Shown here: positions 52,622-64,000 of the stretch, piece after piece | Position numbering within the stretch: position 1 is the stretch's first letter | Layout: each line of letters begins with the position of its first letter | DNA from: Callorhinchus milii | Lineage: Eukaryota | Assembly (NCBI RefSeq): GCF_018977255.1 | Contig: NW_024704742.1 | Location: forward strand, 8,930,001 to 8,994,000 | Direction of reading: 5' to 3' | Length of the DNA: 64,000 bases | Made by a program: the position numbers and the translations under genes | Notes under the pieces: generated by a model | What the model was told of the DNA's origin: nothing | What the model saw: only the letters and a program-made list of their open reading frames with translations | Databases searched by the model: none

Positions 52622-53416
52622 AGCGTTTTGTTCGACCCTGAGCTGTCCTTTCTCCCTCACATCCGCACTACAACTGGCACCGCCTTCCATCACCTTCGGA
52701 ACATCGCCAGACTACGCCATTACCTCACTCCTCACGCTGCTGAAACCCTGGTTCACGCCTTTGTCACCTCAAGGCTGGACTATGGGAACTCTCTCCTCGC
52801 CGGCCTTCCCGCCACCTCCCTCCACAAGCTGCAGGTCATTCAGAACTTTGCAGCTTGTGTACTGTCCCGCACCAGCTCCGGACCACATCACTCCCACCCT
52901 CGCTCGCCTCCACTGGCTCCCCATCCCCCAGAGGATTGATTTCAAGATCCTCATCCTCACCTACAAGGCCATCCACGGCCTTGCTCCCTCCTAGCTCTCC
53001 AACCTACTATCCCCCTACCTACCTGCCCGTACCCTCCGTTCCTCTGGCTCTGGTCTGCTCCACGTCCCCCGCCCCAACCGCCCTACCATCGGTGGTCGGG
53101 CCTTCAGCCTCTCAGCCCCCAGGCTCTGGAACTCCATCCCCCAGTGCCTTCGCCTTGCTTCCTCCCTTTCCTCCTTCAAGGCCGGTCTCAAAACCTTTCT
53201 CTTTGACCGTGCCTTCAGCTCCCCTCTCGACTCTCTTCCCCCTCCTCGCTCCCTCCCTTCCCTCCCCTCACCCTGACCATTTCCCCCTCCTTGCTCCCTC
53301 CCTTCCCTCACCCTGACCATTTCCCCCCTGCTCGGGTCATGACCCAACTGTGCAGCGCCTTGGGACGTCCTCCTGATGTGAAAGGCGCTTTATAAATGGA
53401 ATCTTGTTGTTGTTGT
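52622..53416 (+). mobile_element. 5'-truncated L2-clade LINE (ORF2 C-terminus + 3'UTR + (GTT)n tail), young
   Basis: VLFDPELSFLPHI...AETLVHAFVTSRLDYGNSLLAGLP...LQVIQN; HITPTLARLHWLPIPQRIDFKILILTYKAIHGLAP; one frameshift and a stop. Confidence 0.92.
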
Positions 53417-54083
53417 TTATAATAACCTTGGCCAAGCTTTCAGATGTTAAGTGCGATATTGGGGATCTCCCTCTGTCTTCCTCTCCATCTCATTCCCTCT
53501 GCCTTAAAAGTCCTGCCATAAAACCTACCTCTTCAACTGCACTGATGGTCACCTTGCCCCTTACCCTCTCACTTCCCTGCTCGGCATCTAACCCTGCCAT
53601 TGTAAAGTGCTCTGAGACGTTTATGAAACTACTTTTTAAATGCAAGTTGTTCTAGAAATTTCCCATTTTAAAGTGATTTAGTGAAAACGATGGCTACTTT
53701 TAGGAATCAACCTTAGACCACAGACATGTGAAGATATGATAAAGCTAGCAGGATATCATATAGATCGAGGGTGGGAACACGGGCGGAGAGAGGGCACGGG
53801 GTGTCAGATATAGAGAGATGTAAAGGTAGCTTCAGAAACGTATTGGGTAGAGCAAATGTTGAGGGCTGGAGTGAGTGGAGAAATTGGCTTGGCTTTTTGG
53901 CTTAATAGTGCAAAAATCATCATCAATTCTATAAAATGGTTCATTTTTCACACAGTCAATTTGTGTCTTTGCATTACCTTTGATAGAGAAACAATGTTAT
54001 GACAAAGATTACTTCAAAGCAGTAATCTTGTAAAGGGCAAATATTGTAAAGGACTTTTCTAATCTGTCTACTTAATCAATCAC

Positions 54084-54260
54084 TGTGTGTGTGTGTGTGG
54101 TGTATGTGTGTGAATGTATGTGGTGTGTATATTTATGTGTGTGTGTGTACCTTTGTGTGTATCCATGTCCTTGTGTGTATGTATTTGTGAGTGGCTGCAT
54201 GTGCACGTATATGTGTTTGGGTGTGTGTGGGGCTGATTGCAAGTATGTATGTACATACAC
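54084..54260. repeat. Degenerate (TG)n/(TA)n microsatellite
   Basis: Direct reading. Confidence 0.85.
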
Positions 54261-54570
54261 GGTGACCAAAAAGTTGTGATACCATTACAATGTCTAATAA
54301 GTCTGAAAGAAATTATGATATATACATTTTTTAAAAATAGAGTATTTAACACACTTTTTGGTCACTCTGTATATATGCAAATGGTTATATTTGTGGGTAA
54401 CGATAATAATAATTCTTGCATTTGATAAAACGCATTATCACATCTTTGAGACGTCTCAAACTGCTTCACAGAAGCAAGGAGACTGTGCCTGCGGGCGCCT
54501 CCCCTTTCACACCAGCTCTGGGTCTAAGTATTCTAGCATTAGCTCTCTGAGACACTGCCCTGTGTGAACG

Positions 54571-54920
54571 GTGGAGTCCTGATAGCTCAGTGGTTAGAGC
54601 ACTCGTCTCGCAAGCGACAGGCTTGGGTTCGATTCCCGGCAGGGCGAAACCAGGACAAGTTTCCTTATCTAGCAACAAGTAGGAACCTGGTTGTTAGTCG
54701 TTTGGCGGATCGTTTTTCCGGGGGTGGTAATACCTTTTTAAAAAAAATTGGTCACTCAATCTACGACTGTTCCTGGGCAACTGCTGTGCACAATTGGCTG
54801 CCGCCTTTCACCCACAAAATGTAGAATCAGTCCACTTTACAGTATATTCTGTGAAGTGCTGTGAGAAGTGTTGAAAACGTGATCAGACGTTATATCTAAT
54901 GCAAGGATTATTATTATTAT
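54571..54920 (+). mobile_element. Full-length SINE, older subfamily
   Basis: A box, B box GGTTCGATTCC, central GGAACCTGGTTGTTAGTCG segment, (TTA)n tail. Confidence 0.9.
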
Positions 54921-54944
54921 AAATACAAGTTGTTGTTGTGATAG

Positions 54945-55132
54945 GTTCCTTTCGTGGCCTTGACCGCCACGGCCAGCCCTTCGATCAGGCGTGACATTGC
55001 AGAGAGTCTTAACCTGAACCAGCCACAGATCACCTGCACCAGCTTCGACCGACCCAACTTGTACTTGGAAGTTATGCGTAAATCTGCAAATATTCAACAA
55101 GATTTAAAGCTGTTCTTAATTAAAAACAAACA
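54945..55132 (+). CDS. WRN: WRN coding exon 17 (motif III LTATA, FDRPNL)
   Basis: gtgatag| ... CA|gtacgt; [43 protein letters not shown]. Confidence 0.94.
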
Positions 55133-55254
55133 GTACGTACTGACTTAACTCGAATCGCAAAATGTTCTTTTTTTTCAAAAAAAATTAACTATTCAATTAG
55201 TTTTCATCTGTTTTGGTGAACCTCCTGGACATGTGCTTTGTCTTAAAATGGTAG

Positions 55255-55429
55255 GTCCTCCTTTGAGTTCGAAGGCTCCACCATAATCTACTGCCCCTCC
55301 AGGAAGATGACAGAACAAGTGACTGCCGAGTTATACAACCTGAATGTTTCATGTGACAGATACCATGCCGGCATGGGCATCAAAGCCAGGAGAGAGGTGC
55401 ATCATAAGTTCATGAGGGACGAAATTCAG
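55255..55429 (+). CDS. WRN: WRN coding exon 18 (motif IV, YHAGM)
   Basis: ggtag| ... CAG|gtgtga; [58 protein letters not shown]. Confidence 0.94.
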
Positions 55430-56350
55430 GTGTGAAGTTATTTATATGATCACTTTTTCGATTGAACTGACAAGATGTTCTGAAAGGAAAACCAATTTAA
55501 GGTCATGAATCACACTGATTCCTTGGAAGTGCTTGTGATTTTTTTGCCTATTTTCTTATCCCTACCCTCCCCACCCAACTCAAACGGACAGCATTAGAGA
55601 TATTGCAGTGGAAGCTAACATGAAAATACTTCTGCAAGTCAAAGCCCAAATGAGTAGGCTGGTTGAAGCTGGACAAATAACAGGAAGCTTGTCATACAGT
55701 AGGCACCAGCAGTACCCCAATGCACTGCAGTGCCCAAATCCTGAAACTGGATGCCCAAACCTTAGCTCTTGCCAACCTGCACCTAATCCTCTTCGAAATT
55801 TAAGTTGGTTGCAGCCATATGTAGATGCCCTCACCCCAAAAAAAAATAATTTGGTGACTTCAATCCATGACTGTGGAACACTACTGTGCGCAATTGGCTG
55901 CTGCATTTTGCCCACAAAATATACACTTTACAATTCACGTTACAGTATATACTGTGAAGCGCTTTGAGACGTCTCAAAGATGTGATAAGGTGCTATATCA
56001 AATGCAAGTATTATTATACACTAAGTGGACCTCAGTCTAATTTGGATACTTAAGCATTTTAATGATTTTTTATTTGTGTCAGACAAGTGCAAAGTCAAGT
56101 GCTGACCAGATTAAAAAGTAGCCCAACATGTCTGACTTTCTGGGTAGCTAAATTAGTTAATCCTCTGATCCTAAGCATTCGCTTAATACCAGAATGTTCT
56201 GGGATTGAATCCTGGTCTGGCTGGATCCATTCAACCTTTTGCCCTTTGAAAGTCAATGAAACATCTTCCTGAATGAGTCTGTGGGATTGTAGACCACATG
56301 TAATTTTCATTGAAAGGTCTATGTTTTCAATTTGATCTTTTTATTTTCAG

Positions 56351-56532
56351 TGCATAGTTGCTACAGTTGCTTTTGGTATGGGGATCAACAAACCTGACAT
56401 TCGAAATGTCATTCATTATGGAGCCCCCAAGGAAATGGAATCGTACTACCAGGAAATTGGCCGGGCTGGGCGAGACGGATTGCCGAGTACTTGTTATGTC
56501 TTGTGGTCCCCTGGGGACATGGTGTTAAACAG
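56351..56532 (+). CDS. WRN: WRN coding exon 19 (motifs V, VI)
   Basis: ttttcag| ... AG|gtacag; [43 protein letters not shown]. Confidence 0.96.
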
Positions 56533-56656
56533 GTACAGAAGTTGAGCTTCATCTCCTCCTCCATTCCACAATCCCTTCGCTTTGCTCCCTCCCTTAATAA
56601 CATGATAAGGTGCTATATCAAATGCAAGGATTCTTCTTCTTATTCCCTTACCTACT

Positions 56657-56985
56657 TGGAGTCCTGTAGCTCAGTGGTTAGAGCACTCGCTTTGCAAGCG
56701 AGAGACCTGAGTTCATTTCCAGGCAGAGGGCGAAACCTTGGGCAAGTTTCCTTACTCCACACAGAGCCTAATAATAATCCCTCCAAAACCAAAAACAATA
56801 ATAAATTGGTCATTTTCAATCTACAACTGTTTGTGGGACATTGCTGTGCGCAATTGGCTGCCGCGTTCGCCCACAAATATACAGTCAATTCACTTTACAG
56901 TGTGTTCTGTGAAGCGCTTTGAGACGTCCTCCCGACGTGAAAAGTGCTATATCAAATGCAAGGATTATTATTATTATTATTATTA
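56657..56985 (+). mobile_element. Full-length tRNA(Ala)-derived SINE, young subfamily
   Basis: A box TAGCTCAGTGG, anticodon arm CTCGC-TTTGCAA-GCGAG, B-box-like GAGTTCATTTCC, L2-like tail, (TTA)n. Confidence 0.93.
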
Positions 56986-56991
56986 CTTCAA

Positions 56992-57330
56992 GAGGGAGGA
57001 GAGAGAGTGCCCGAGAGGGAGAGAGAGAGAGTCCCCGTGAGAGGGGAGAGAGAGTGCCTGAGAGAGAGAGGGAGGAGAGAGAGCGCCCGAGAGAGAGAGG
57101 GAGGAGAGAGAGTGCCCGAGAGAGAGAGGGGAGAGAGAGTGCCCGAGAGAGAGAGGGGGGAGAGAGTGCCCGAGAGAGAGAGGGGGGAGAGAGAGTGCCC
57201 GAGAGAGAGAGGGGGAGAGAGAGTGCCCGAGAGAGAGGGGGGAGAGAGAGTGCCCGAGAGAGGGGGGAGAGAGAGTGCCCGAGAGAGAGTGCGCGAGAGA
57301 GAGAGAGGAGAGAGAGTGCCCGAGGAGGTG
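56992..57330. repeat. Purine-rich minisatellite, ~13 units of (GA)nGTGCCC(GA)nGGG, about 25-30 bp each
   Basis: Direct reading. Confidence 0.95.
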
Positions 57331-57628
57331 GGGAAATAAGGACAGACACTGAGTGACGAGACGTGGAGTTTCCTCATAGAAACTCCCTCTTTCCCCAGTG
57401 AGAAATTCCTCTACGTCCTTCATCCCCCCCACCTCACCTCTGTGACCTCCTGAGCCAGCCGTTCCCTTTGGCCAACACCAGCTTGCTTCAGGTGCCCCCA
57501 CCCCATCAGCTCCACCATCGCCATTTTGACCCCGCTCTCCGGAGTTCCATTCCTCAGGTCCTTCTGACTCTCCCTCTCTCCCTTCTTTCAAGACCTAACT
57601 CTTTGACTGTACTTTTCTTCATTTTCAG

Positions 57629-57730
57629 ACACCTGCTGAGTGAAATTCATAACCCAAAGTTTCGAGAGTACAAAATGAAATTGATGGCAAACATAGAACA
57701 ATACCTCACGTCATTCAAGTGCAGAAGAAC
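57629..57730 (+). CDS. WRN: WRN coding exon 20 (Zn-binding region)
   Basis: ttttcag| ... AC|gtaagt; [33 protein letters not shown]. Confidence 0.94.
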
Positions 57731-58444
57731 GTAAGTAACTTTTGTAGCTGATTGTTCAGTTTATGGAGGATCAGCTGTATATGACACCCGCACAGACTGT
57801 ACAGTAGGAATTGTACTTCACACCCATACGGTGCTATCTCCTTCAACCTTGCCAACCTAGCTACTCCCTCCACTCAGCGAACACCAGCCTGCTCTGGGTC
57901 CCCCACCCGACCTTTCCCACCATCTGTGGGTCAGCAAACAGCCATCCTGCCCCCTATCTCTGGAGCTCCATCACAGATTACCTCCACCTCTTCCCCTCCC
58001 TCCCCACTTTTAAGACCTACCTTGAACTGCGTTTTCAGTCATCTTCTCTTCCCGCATCCCCCACAGAGCTCGCGTGAAGCTCTTTGAGGTGTTTTTCCCT
58101 TCACCCAGACTAATGTGAAAGCCGCTATGTAAATCTAATTGTATTGTATTAAGGCTATTAATCACTCATCTGCATGGTGCAATGTGTAGCAAATACATTC
58201 TCTGCTGAGTGAAATAATTCACTAGGCATGGTAGGGTGCTTTGTAAGAGTAGGAGGGATGACGATTTGGTTCTGTCACTCCACTGATCTCACAATCTTAT
58301 CTACATTGCAATAGTTAGGGATCAAGCACAGGCAGGGAAATTGGAAAAGGAGCAGCTTCCAAGTCCGACCTGCACAAAAGCTTTTGGTGCTCAGCTATGA
58401 CATTCGCCTCAATCCTTAACCTGAGGAGAGCAGCCCTTTTTGCA

Positions 58445-58950
58445 TTTTTTTTTGGTCAGCCGGGTGTCTGACACGCGGAAACCCATCACTGTGATCTCCC
58501 TGGAGGGACGCTTCCTGTTTACCTAATTCTGGAAAGTATTAGGTGCAGGTTGGCAAGAACAAAGGCTTGGGGACCCCAGAGTGTGCTTGGGGTAACTACT
58601 GGAGTCAAACCAGCTAAACCAGCATAGCTTATCATTGATATTGCAAGCTTTCCCGCTGCTTGTCCAGGTAGGACCACCGCCCCCACCCATGAGGGCTTTG
58701 GCTTGCAGGGTTAACATGAGCTGAGCGGGATGACTCCCTGCCTCCAGTGAGTGGTCTGCCTTTCTAGGTGCTGCCAATGAGCCAGGCTGGGCTGTGCTGT
58801 CATCAGCAGTGCCCTGGAATACCATAGACCCGCCTGGCACAGGAATCGGACTAGAGACCATCATAGAGGGTTGGCTCGATTCCGACATTTCATTGCCAGG
58901 CATGTCACCTTGAAGCCAGTTCAGCTCCAATGAGCCCCTGCTTACCTCCC
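58445..58950 (-). repeat. Unidentified poly(A)-tailed interspersed repeat (reference copy; may extend further right)
   Basis: Aligns by eye with 15330-15878, 25470-26250, 36580-36900, 50450-50775 and 55650-55810. Confidence 0.75.
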
Positions 58951-59555
58951 TCCAAGGAGGATTGTCACTAGTTGGTCCTTTGACATCCGACCAGCGCAGG
59001 AACCAGGCACCTTCTGTGAGCTTCCTGGAGGGCAACACAGCTCGGCATGAAATGTGTGAGAGCATCACCACCTTCTTCCTGCCCACAGCTTGGGTCACAT
59101 TCCTTCCCATTGAGAGATGGTCCCACTAGTTGGAGATGCGGAGTTTAGCAGCAGCTGCCGGTCTCTCTGCAGCCAATCAGGGTGGGTTCCAGGCGCTGGG
59201 CATATGAATGTGTCTCACAAACTGGGATCCAGGTAACACCTTCCAGCAGCTGTCGCCCCAAGCCTCAAGAGTTCCTCATCAGCTGTTGGGCATCTGTCTT
59301 CAGTATGGTGTGAGGACCTTTGCAGGACAGTTTGTGCCTTTTTGCATCTGTGTATCACCCACTGAATCTCTGACCGAGAACATCAATTTGATCCCTGCTT
59401 TCTTTAATTAATTTGTGAAGTTAACAATAAAAAGTATTTGTCAAATTTAAGGGTTAAATAGCAGTACTGCTGAAACATAAATATGTTCACCCAATGCAGT
59501 ACAAATTATTGTTTGTGTTTTTCCCTCCTCCCTCCCCACTCTAACTCTCTCATAG

Positions 59556-59648
59556 AATGATCTTGTCTCACTTTGAAGACAAACAACTTCGCAAGGTGAC
59601 TCTTGGTATCTTGGGGACTGAAAGATGCTGTGACAATTGTAGATTAAG
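59556..59648 (+). CDS. WRN: WRN coding exon 21 (CCDNC)
   Basis: ctcatag| ... AG|gtaagc; [30 protein letters not shown]. Confidence 0.95.
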
Positions 59649-61326
59649 GTAAGCAATTAAGCAGGTATCATTCAGTGTGGAGTTGAAAGAGTTGCTCAAA
59701 TAGGAAAACCAGTGTGTAAATAGCACGAATGCTGTTCAACATAATTCAGAACATAAAGTGGGTTTTGTTCATTTACTTTGGGTCAATGTATGAGAGCTCA
59801 GTTCTAGCTACTCTTCTTGGATTGGAGCAAAGTTCTCGTGAGTTTTCCTGATAGAGATCCCCTTCACCAGATGTACTTTATGGCTGTCGACTGCAATGGG
59901 CCAGTTCTGTATTACATTTAACTTAAATAAAATTGTTAACTTAAAATCTTTTAGGTTTTTGGACACTGAGATAAGCAAGCTCACAGAGACAGGTGCTTCT
60001 TCAATACTATGTTTTATTTCAGAAGTCTTTATATACACTAAAAGAAATGCCACCCTCCCCTTCAATCCATCATCAGTTTCCAATCGTGTTGCAATTTTCA
60101 TCTGCCACACTTTCCTTACAAGCAGCTATTTTTGTCAAATACTGTCCTCGACTGTTTAACCTATACTTAAGAGAGCAAAGACATCAAACAATTCGCATTG
60201 GTTACCCCACACACCCCCCCACGCGCGTGCGCACACACACACTATATTCTGTTTCTTAGAGTTTGGTAATGCTACTCCCACGTCCGCTTACCAAAGCTCC
60301 TCTCATCACACATCTATTTTTTCTGCATAACTACTCAAAGACATTAGATAAAGGAAAAACAGCCATGATTCATTTCTATCAAGGTTACAAAAGTTGGCAG
60401 GAGAATTTCATTTATAAAGGTATAGCAGTACAAATGTTAAGTAACTTCCATTATAAGCAAAATGCATAATAAAACAGCATAATAGTCAATTTAACAGAAT
60501 CTAATGGTTTATAATGTTAACGTGATTAGTAATATATGATTCATACTGGCAAAGCTTAGTAATAGAGTGTGTGTGTATGTGTGTGTGTGTATATATATAT
60601 TTTCTTATGATGCATCATTTTTATGCCAAGAACAACATATCCAGGATAGTTCAAGGCTTTTTTAATGGGCTTCGCATCATTTACATTTGTAGTTTTCCTG
60701 ACAGGCACCTCTGTTTTGGATTTTTTTTAATAAAATGTTGAAATATACAATGAAAACCAGGAGGTCTAGTGACAACATTCCAAAAGAATTCAGCATTTTT
60801 GCTTTGTTTTTCTGACATTTTTTCTCCCATTCCTTCCTTGCTCACTTCCTGGATAGGGATGAAGATGTTTGACCACCTTCTTCCTTCTACCTGGGTACAA
60901 TTCCCAGTCTTCCAGTACCTCTCCCAAGAGCCCACTATTTATATGTGAGGCTTTACTGTGAATGACGCAGGTTATTCTATCACAGCTGAACCCAATCTTG
61001 TCCTCATCCGATGTCACCACATGCACAGCTTATTTCAGGGATCTCTGCATGGTTACAATAATAATCCTTGCATTTATCATGTCTGTGTGTAATTGGCTGC
61101 TGCATTTTTCCCATAAAATATTACAGTCAATTCACTTCACAGTATATTCCATGAAGTGCTTTGAGACATGTTGAGAAGATGTGATAAGGCACTATATCAA
61201 ATGCAAGGATTATTATTATATAACTGTAAGGATTGAGCAGTGCATGCAAAGCTTAATTGGATTGTTGTATACACGGATCAATTCCTGTTCAGGTGATGCC
61301 CATTCACCTCCTGTTTGCTGCTGTAG

Positions 61327-61468
61327 GGCAAACAGCTGTGGCCTCGCAGATGATCCACAAGATGAACTGCAAGATTTTGGGAAGGAAGCGAGACAGCTGT
61401 TGAGTGCAGTAAGTGCATTGGGGGAGAAATGTGGCCTCGGAGTTCCCGTCCTGCTGCTGAGAGGATCT
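61327..61468 (+). CDS. WRN: WRN coding exon 22 (RQC winged-helix start)
   Basis: ctgtag| ... TCT|gtaagt; [33 protein letters not shown]. Confidence 0.93.
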
Positions 61469-62644
61469 GTAAGTCTTTTATTGCTGTTGCAACCATTAAA
61501 CACAAAAGTAATGTGCATATAAAAATGCTTTTGTTTGCCAAATTCAGTTTTATTTTAAATATCTAATGCCAAAGATTTTGTTTTCTCTGCCTTCACGGCT
61601 GTCAGATGAGCTTTTCACCCACTCTCTAAGTGACAGTGTTTATGTTGTGTCATAGAATCATGAGATTTCAGCACAGAAGGAGTCTGGCTATTTGATCACC
61701 AAGTAGAAAGTCTCTTTTGAAAAAATAAATCCCATGTTGTCTACTTAGGAAATCTTTTGAGGTCAAAATTTTGGTATTTTATGTTCCTTAATTAAGGAAC
61801 AGAAATGTGCATTGCAATACAATTTTCACTTCTCTCTTTTATGTCAGAAGGACATGAAGACATTACCTGATTTCTGATTTCTGAGTAATAGCTACTGCCA
61901 AAAACCTCAGTGAAAATGCTGTGAGTCATGGCAAAGGAACCAGAGGGGAGATGAGGAGAAAATGAGTGCAGTCTGGAGTGCACTGCCTGAAAGGGTGGGG
62001 AAACAGATTCAATAACAACTTTCAAAAGGGAATTGGATAGGTATTTGAAGAAGAAATATTTTCAAGCATATGGGGAAAGCAGCTCGTCCAAAAAGCTGGC
62101 ACATGCACGATGGGTCGAATGGCCTCCTTCTGTGCTGTAATATTCTATTATTCCATATTCCCTCATAGCATGGCCACTATTCAGGGAGCTGATTTACAGG
62201 ATGATAGTTTCGTTAAAGTAATTATCATGAAAAGTTGCAATCCCAGATCCACAATTTCAACTTTGGGCAATTTAAACAGTGATCTGTTTTGGCCTGTACC
62301 ATATCTGGTGCATCTGTGTTAGTAGTTTGCATCAGCCATATGTGCTATTTTCCAGGCCCAGCTTCGTGGATAGATGGACAATCAGAGTAATTCAATAGCA
62401 TTCAATAGCATTCCTAAATTAAAGTGTGACATGTATTTAGGAATCCTGAAATTTTACCCATCTTTGTGCGTATTGAAGTGGAGTAAAACAAACCTCCATA
62501 TTCCTTTATTTCCCATTCTTTATTGATGATATAGGAGTATTCCCATTTTAAGTCCCATCAGGACAGACTCACAATTCAACAAATAAACAGATGGGAGTAA
62601 TCGTTGAGTGATGAATGATCAATGTCTCACCCTTGTATCTGTAG

Positions 62645-62818
62645 CACTCTCAGCGCTTACCAATCTGGAATCGTAAAAGTCCTCTCTTCGGCATTGGAAA
62701 GGACCGCTCTGAGACATGGTGGAAGGCCTTGGGCCGGCAGCTGATCTTTCAGGGGTTTCTGCAGGAAGATTCGATGGCAAGGAACAAATTTGCTGTGTTG
62801 TGCCACTTGTCTGCTAAG
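62645..62818 (+). CDS. WRN: WRN coding exon 23 (RQC)
   Basis: ctgtag| ... AAG|gttagc; HSQRLPIWNRKSPLFGIGKDRSETWWKALGRQLIFQGFLQE. Confidence 0.93.
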
Positions 62819-63169
62819 GTTAGCTTTGGTATTTGTTTTTCGTCTTGGAGAACAGGGCAAATCACAAAGAATTCACACCAGTTATCACTCAATCGTTAAA
62901 TTTAGCAGCACAATGATCAACAACAACAAAAACTTGCATTTATATAGCACCCTTCACACGGGTAGCAACTTGGAGTGCTTAACAGCCATGTGGTTGGACG
63001 CCGAACTGGAAAGGCAAAGGAGGTGACTGAACACGCAGTTCAAAGAGGAGAGCCTTCAGGTGTGATTTGAACATGAGTAAAGCGTGGGCAAAACAAAGGG
63101 ATTGAGGCTACGAGTTCCAGAGATTTGGGACAGGAACGTGCGAATACAGGATGAACATCTCAAAGCACT

Positions 63170-63355
63170 TCAACAACAACAAAATTACATTTGTACAGCG
63201 CCTTTCATGTTGGGAGGATGTCACAAGGCGCTGGACAGTCAGTGTTTCGGACCCGAGCTGGGGATTGGGATTGGTGTGGATGGAGGACAGGGGGGAAGGG
63301 GAGTGACTGAAGTCATGGTGGAAGAGGAGGGTCTTGAGACGGGTCTTGCAATGGT
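63170..63355 (-). mobile_element. L2 3' end
   Basis: (CAA)n plus reverse complement of the tail stem-loop. Confidence 0.75.
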
Positions 63356-63729
63356 GGGAAGTTAAAGGAGGGCAAGTTAAAACTAGTTGACTGTTTTAAG
63401 AGGGTTTTGATAGCAGGGAGAGGAGTAAGTTGAAGATATTTTTGAAGAGGGTTCCAGAGAGCAAGGGCATTAGAGTTGAAGGTTAAACCCCTGAGTAATG
63501 GTGTGACAGGAACGAGCGAGGAACAAGGAGTAAATCATAATTGGAAGAGCAGAAGGTATGGATCGGATAATAGCGCTGGAAGAGAATGCATAGTTTTTCA
63601 GGGGCGAGACAGTTCAAAGATTTGAAAGTCAGAACGAGGATCTTCAGGCTGATCAGCTGGGATACAGGAGCTGGTGGAGCCTGGTGGGGCAGACTAAATT
63701 AAAAATCCATATCAATTATATATTATGTT

Positions 63730-64000
63730 GTGGAGTCCTGTAGCATGTTGGTTAGAGCACTTGTCTCGCATGTGAGAGGACATGAGTTTGATTCCCGGGC
63801 AGGGCAAAACCTTAGGCAGGTTTCTACTTAACAGTAAGTAGGAACCTGCTTGTTAGTCGATTGGCGGATTGCTTTTCCGATTGTAATAATCCCTTCAAAA
63901 AAAACAATAACATTTTAAAAAATGTGGTCACTCAATTCACGACTGTTTGAGGGACACTGCTCTGAGCAATTGTCTGCTGTGTTTCGCCCACAAAATGTAC
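63730..64000 (+). mobile_element. SINE, older subfamily (cut by window end)
   Basis: Head and body motifs. Confidence 0.85.

Noticed and set aside
52622..53416. Functional reverse transcriptase gene
   Set aside because: 5'-truncated, frameshifted and stop-containing; lacks the RT catalytic core
56657..56735. tRNA-Ala-like sequences (also 34707, 35940-36013, 54571, 63730)
   Set aside because: SINE heads: no proper acceptor stem or pol III terminator, and always attached to SINE bodies
56885..57591. RE-rich and SL-rich ORFs
   Set aside because: Translations of the GA minisatellite
58523..59110. 195-aa minus-strand ORF
   Set aside because: Lies in the unidentified repeat; other copies have indels, and I see no recognisable motif

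Overview
This is eukaryotic (vertebrate) genomic DNA. The repeat landscape (tRNA-Ala-headed SINEs sharing an L2 tail, Deu-domain SINEs, CR1, a shark-type Penelope end) suggests a cartilaginous fish, possibly a holocephalan; that is an inference. The window holds the known head-to-head PURG/WRN locus. A single-exon Pur-family gene lies on the minus strand (23173-24390). It shares a CpG-island bidirectional promoter with WRN on the plus strand, for which I traced 23 phase-consistent GT-AG coding exons (27476-62818, 3006 nt = 1002 codons). These cover the exonuclease, acidic linker, RecQ helicase, Zn-binding and RQC regions, and the gene continues past the window. WRN introns are crowded with SINE/L2 insertions, many of them nested. 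The ~21 kb downstream of PURG is poor in young SINEs and carries Tigger fossils, CR1 ends and a probable LTR. I found no convincing new multi-gene system. The most notable observations are a PURG that looks PURA/PURB-like in sequence, a Penelope end with a minimal hammerhead core and target-site duplication, WRN splice acceptors built from retroposon sequence, SINE-LINE tail co-evolution, and an unidentified poly(A)-tailed repeat family. Repeat boundaries were set by eye and are approximate; comparisons to human proteins are from memory.
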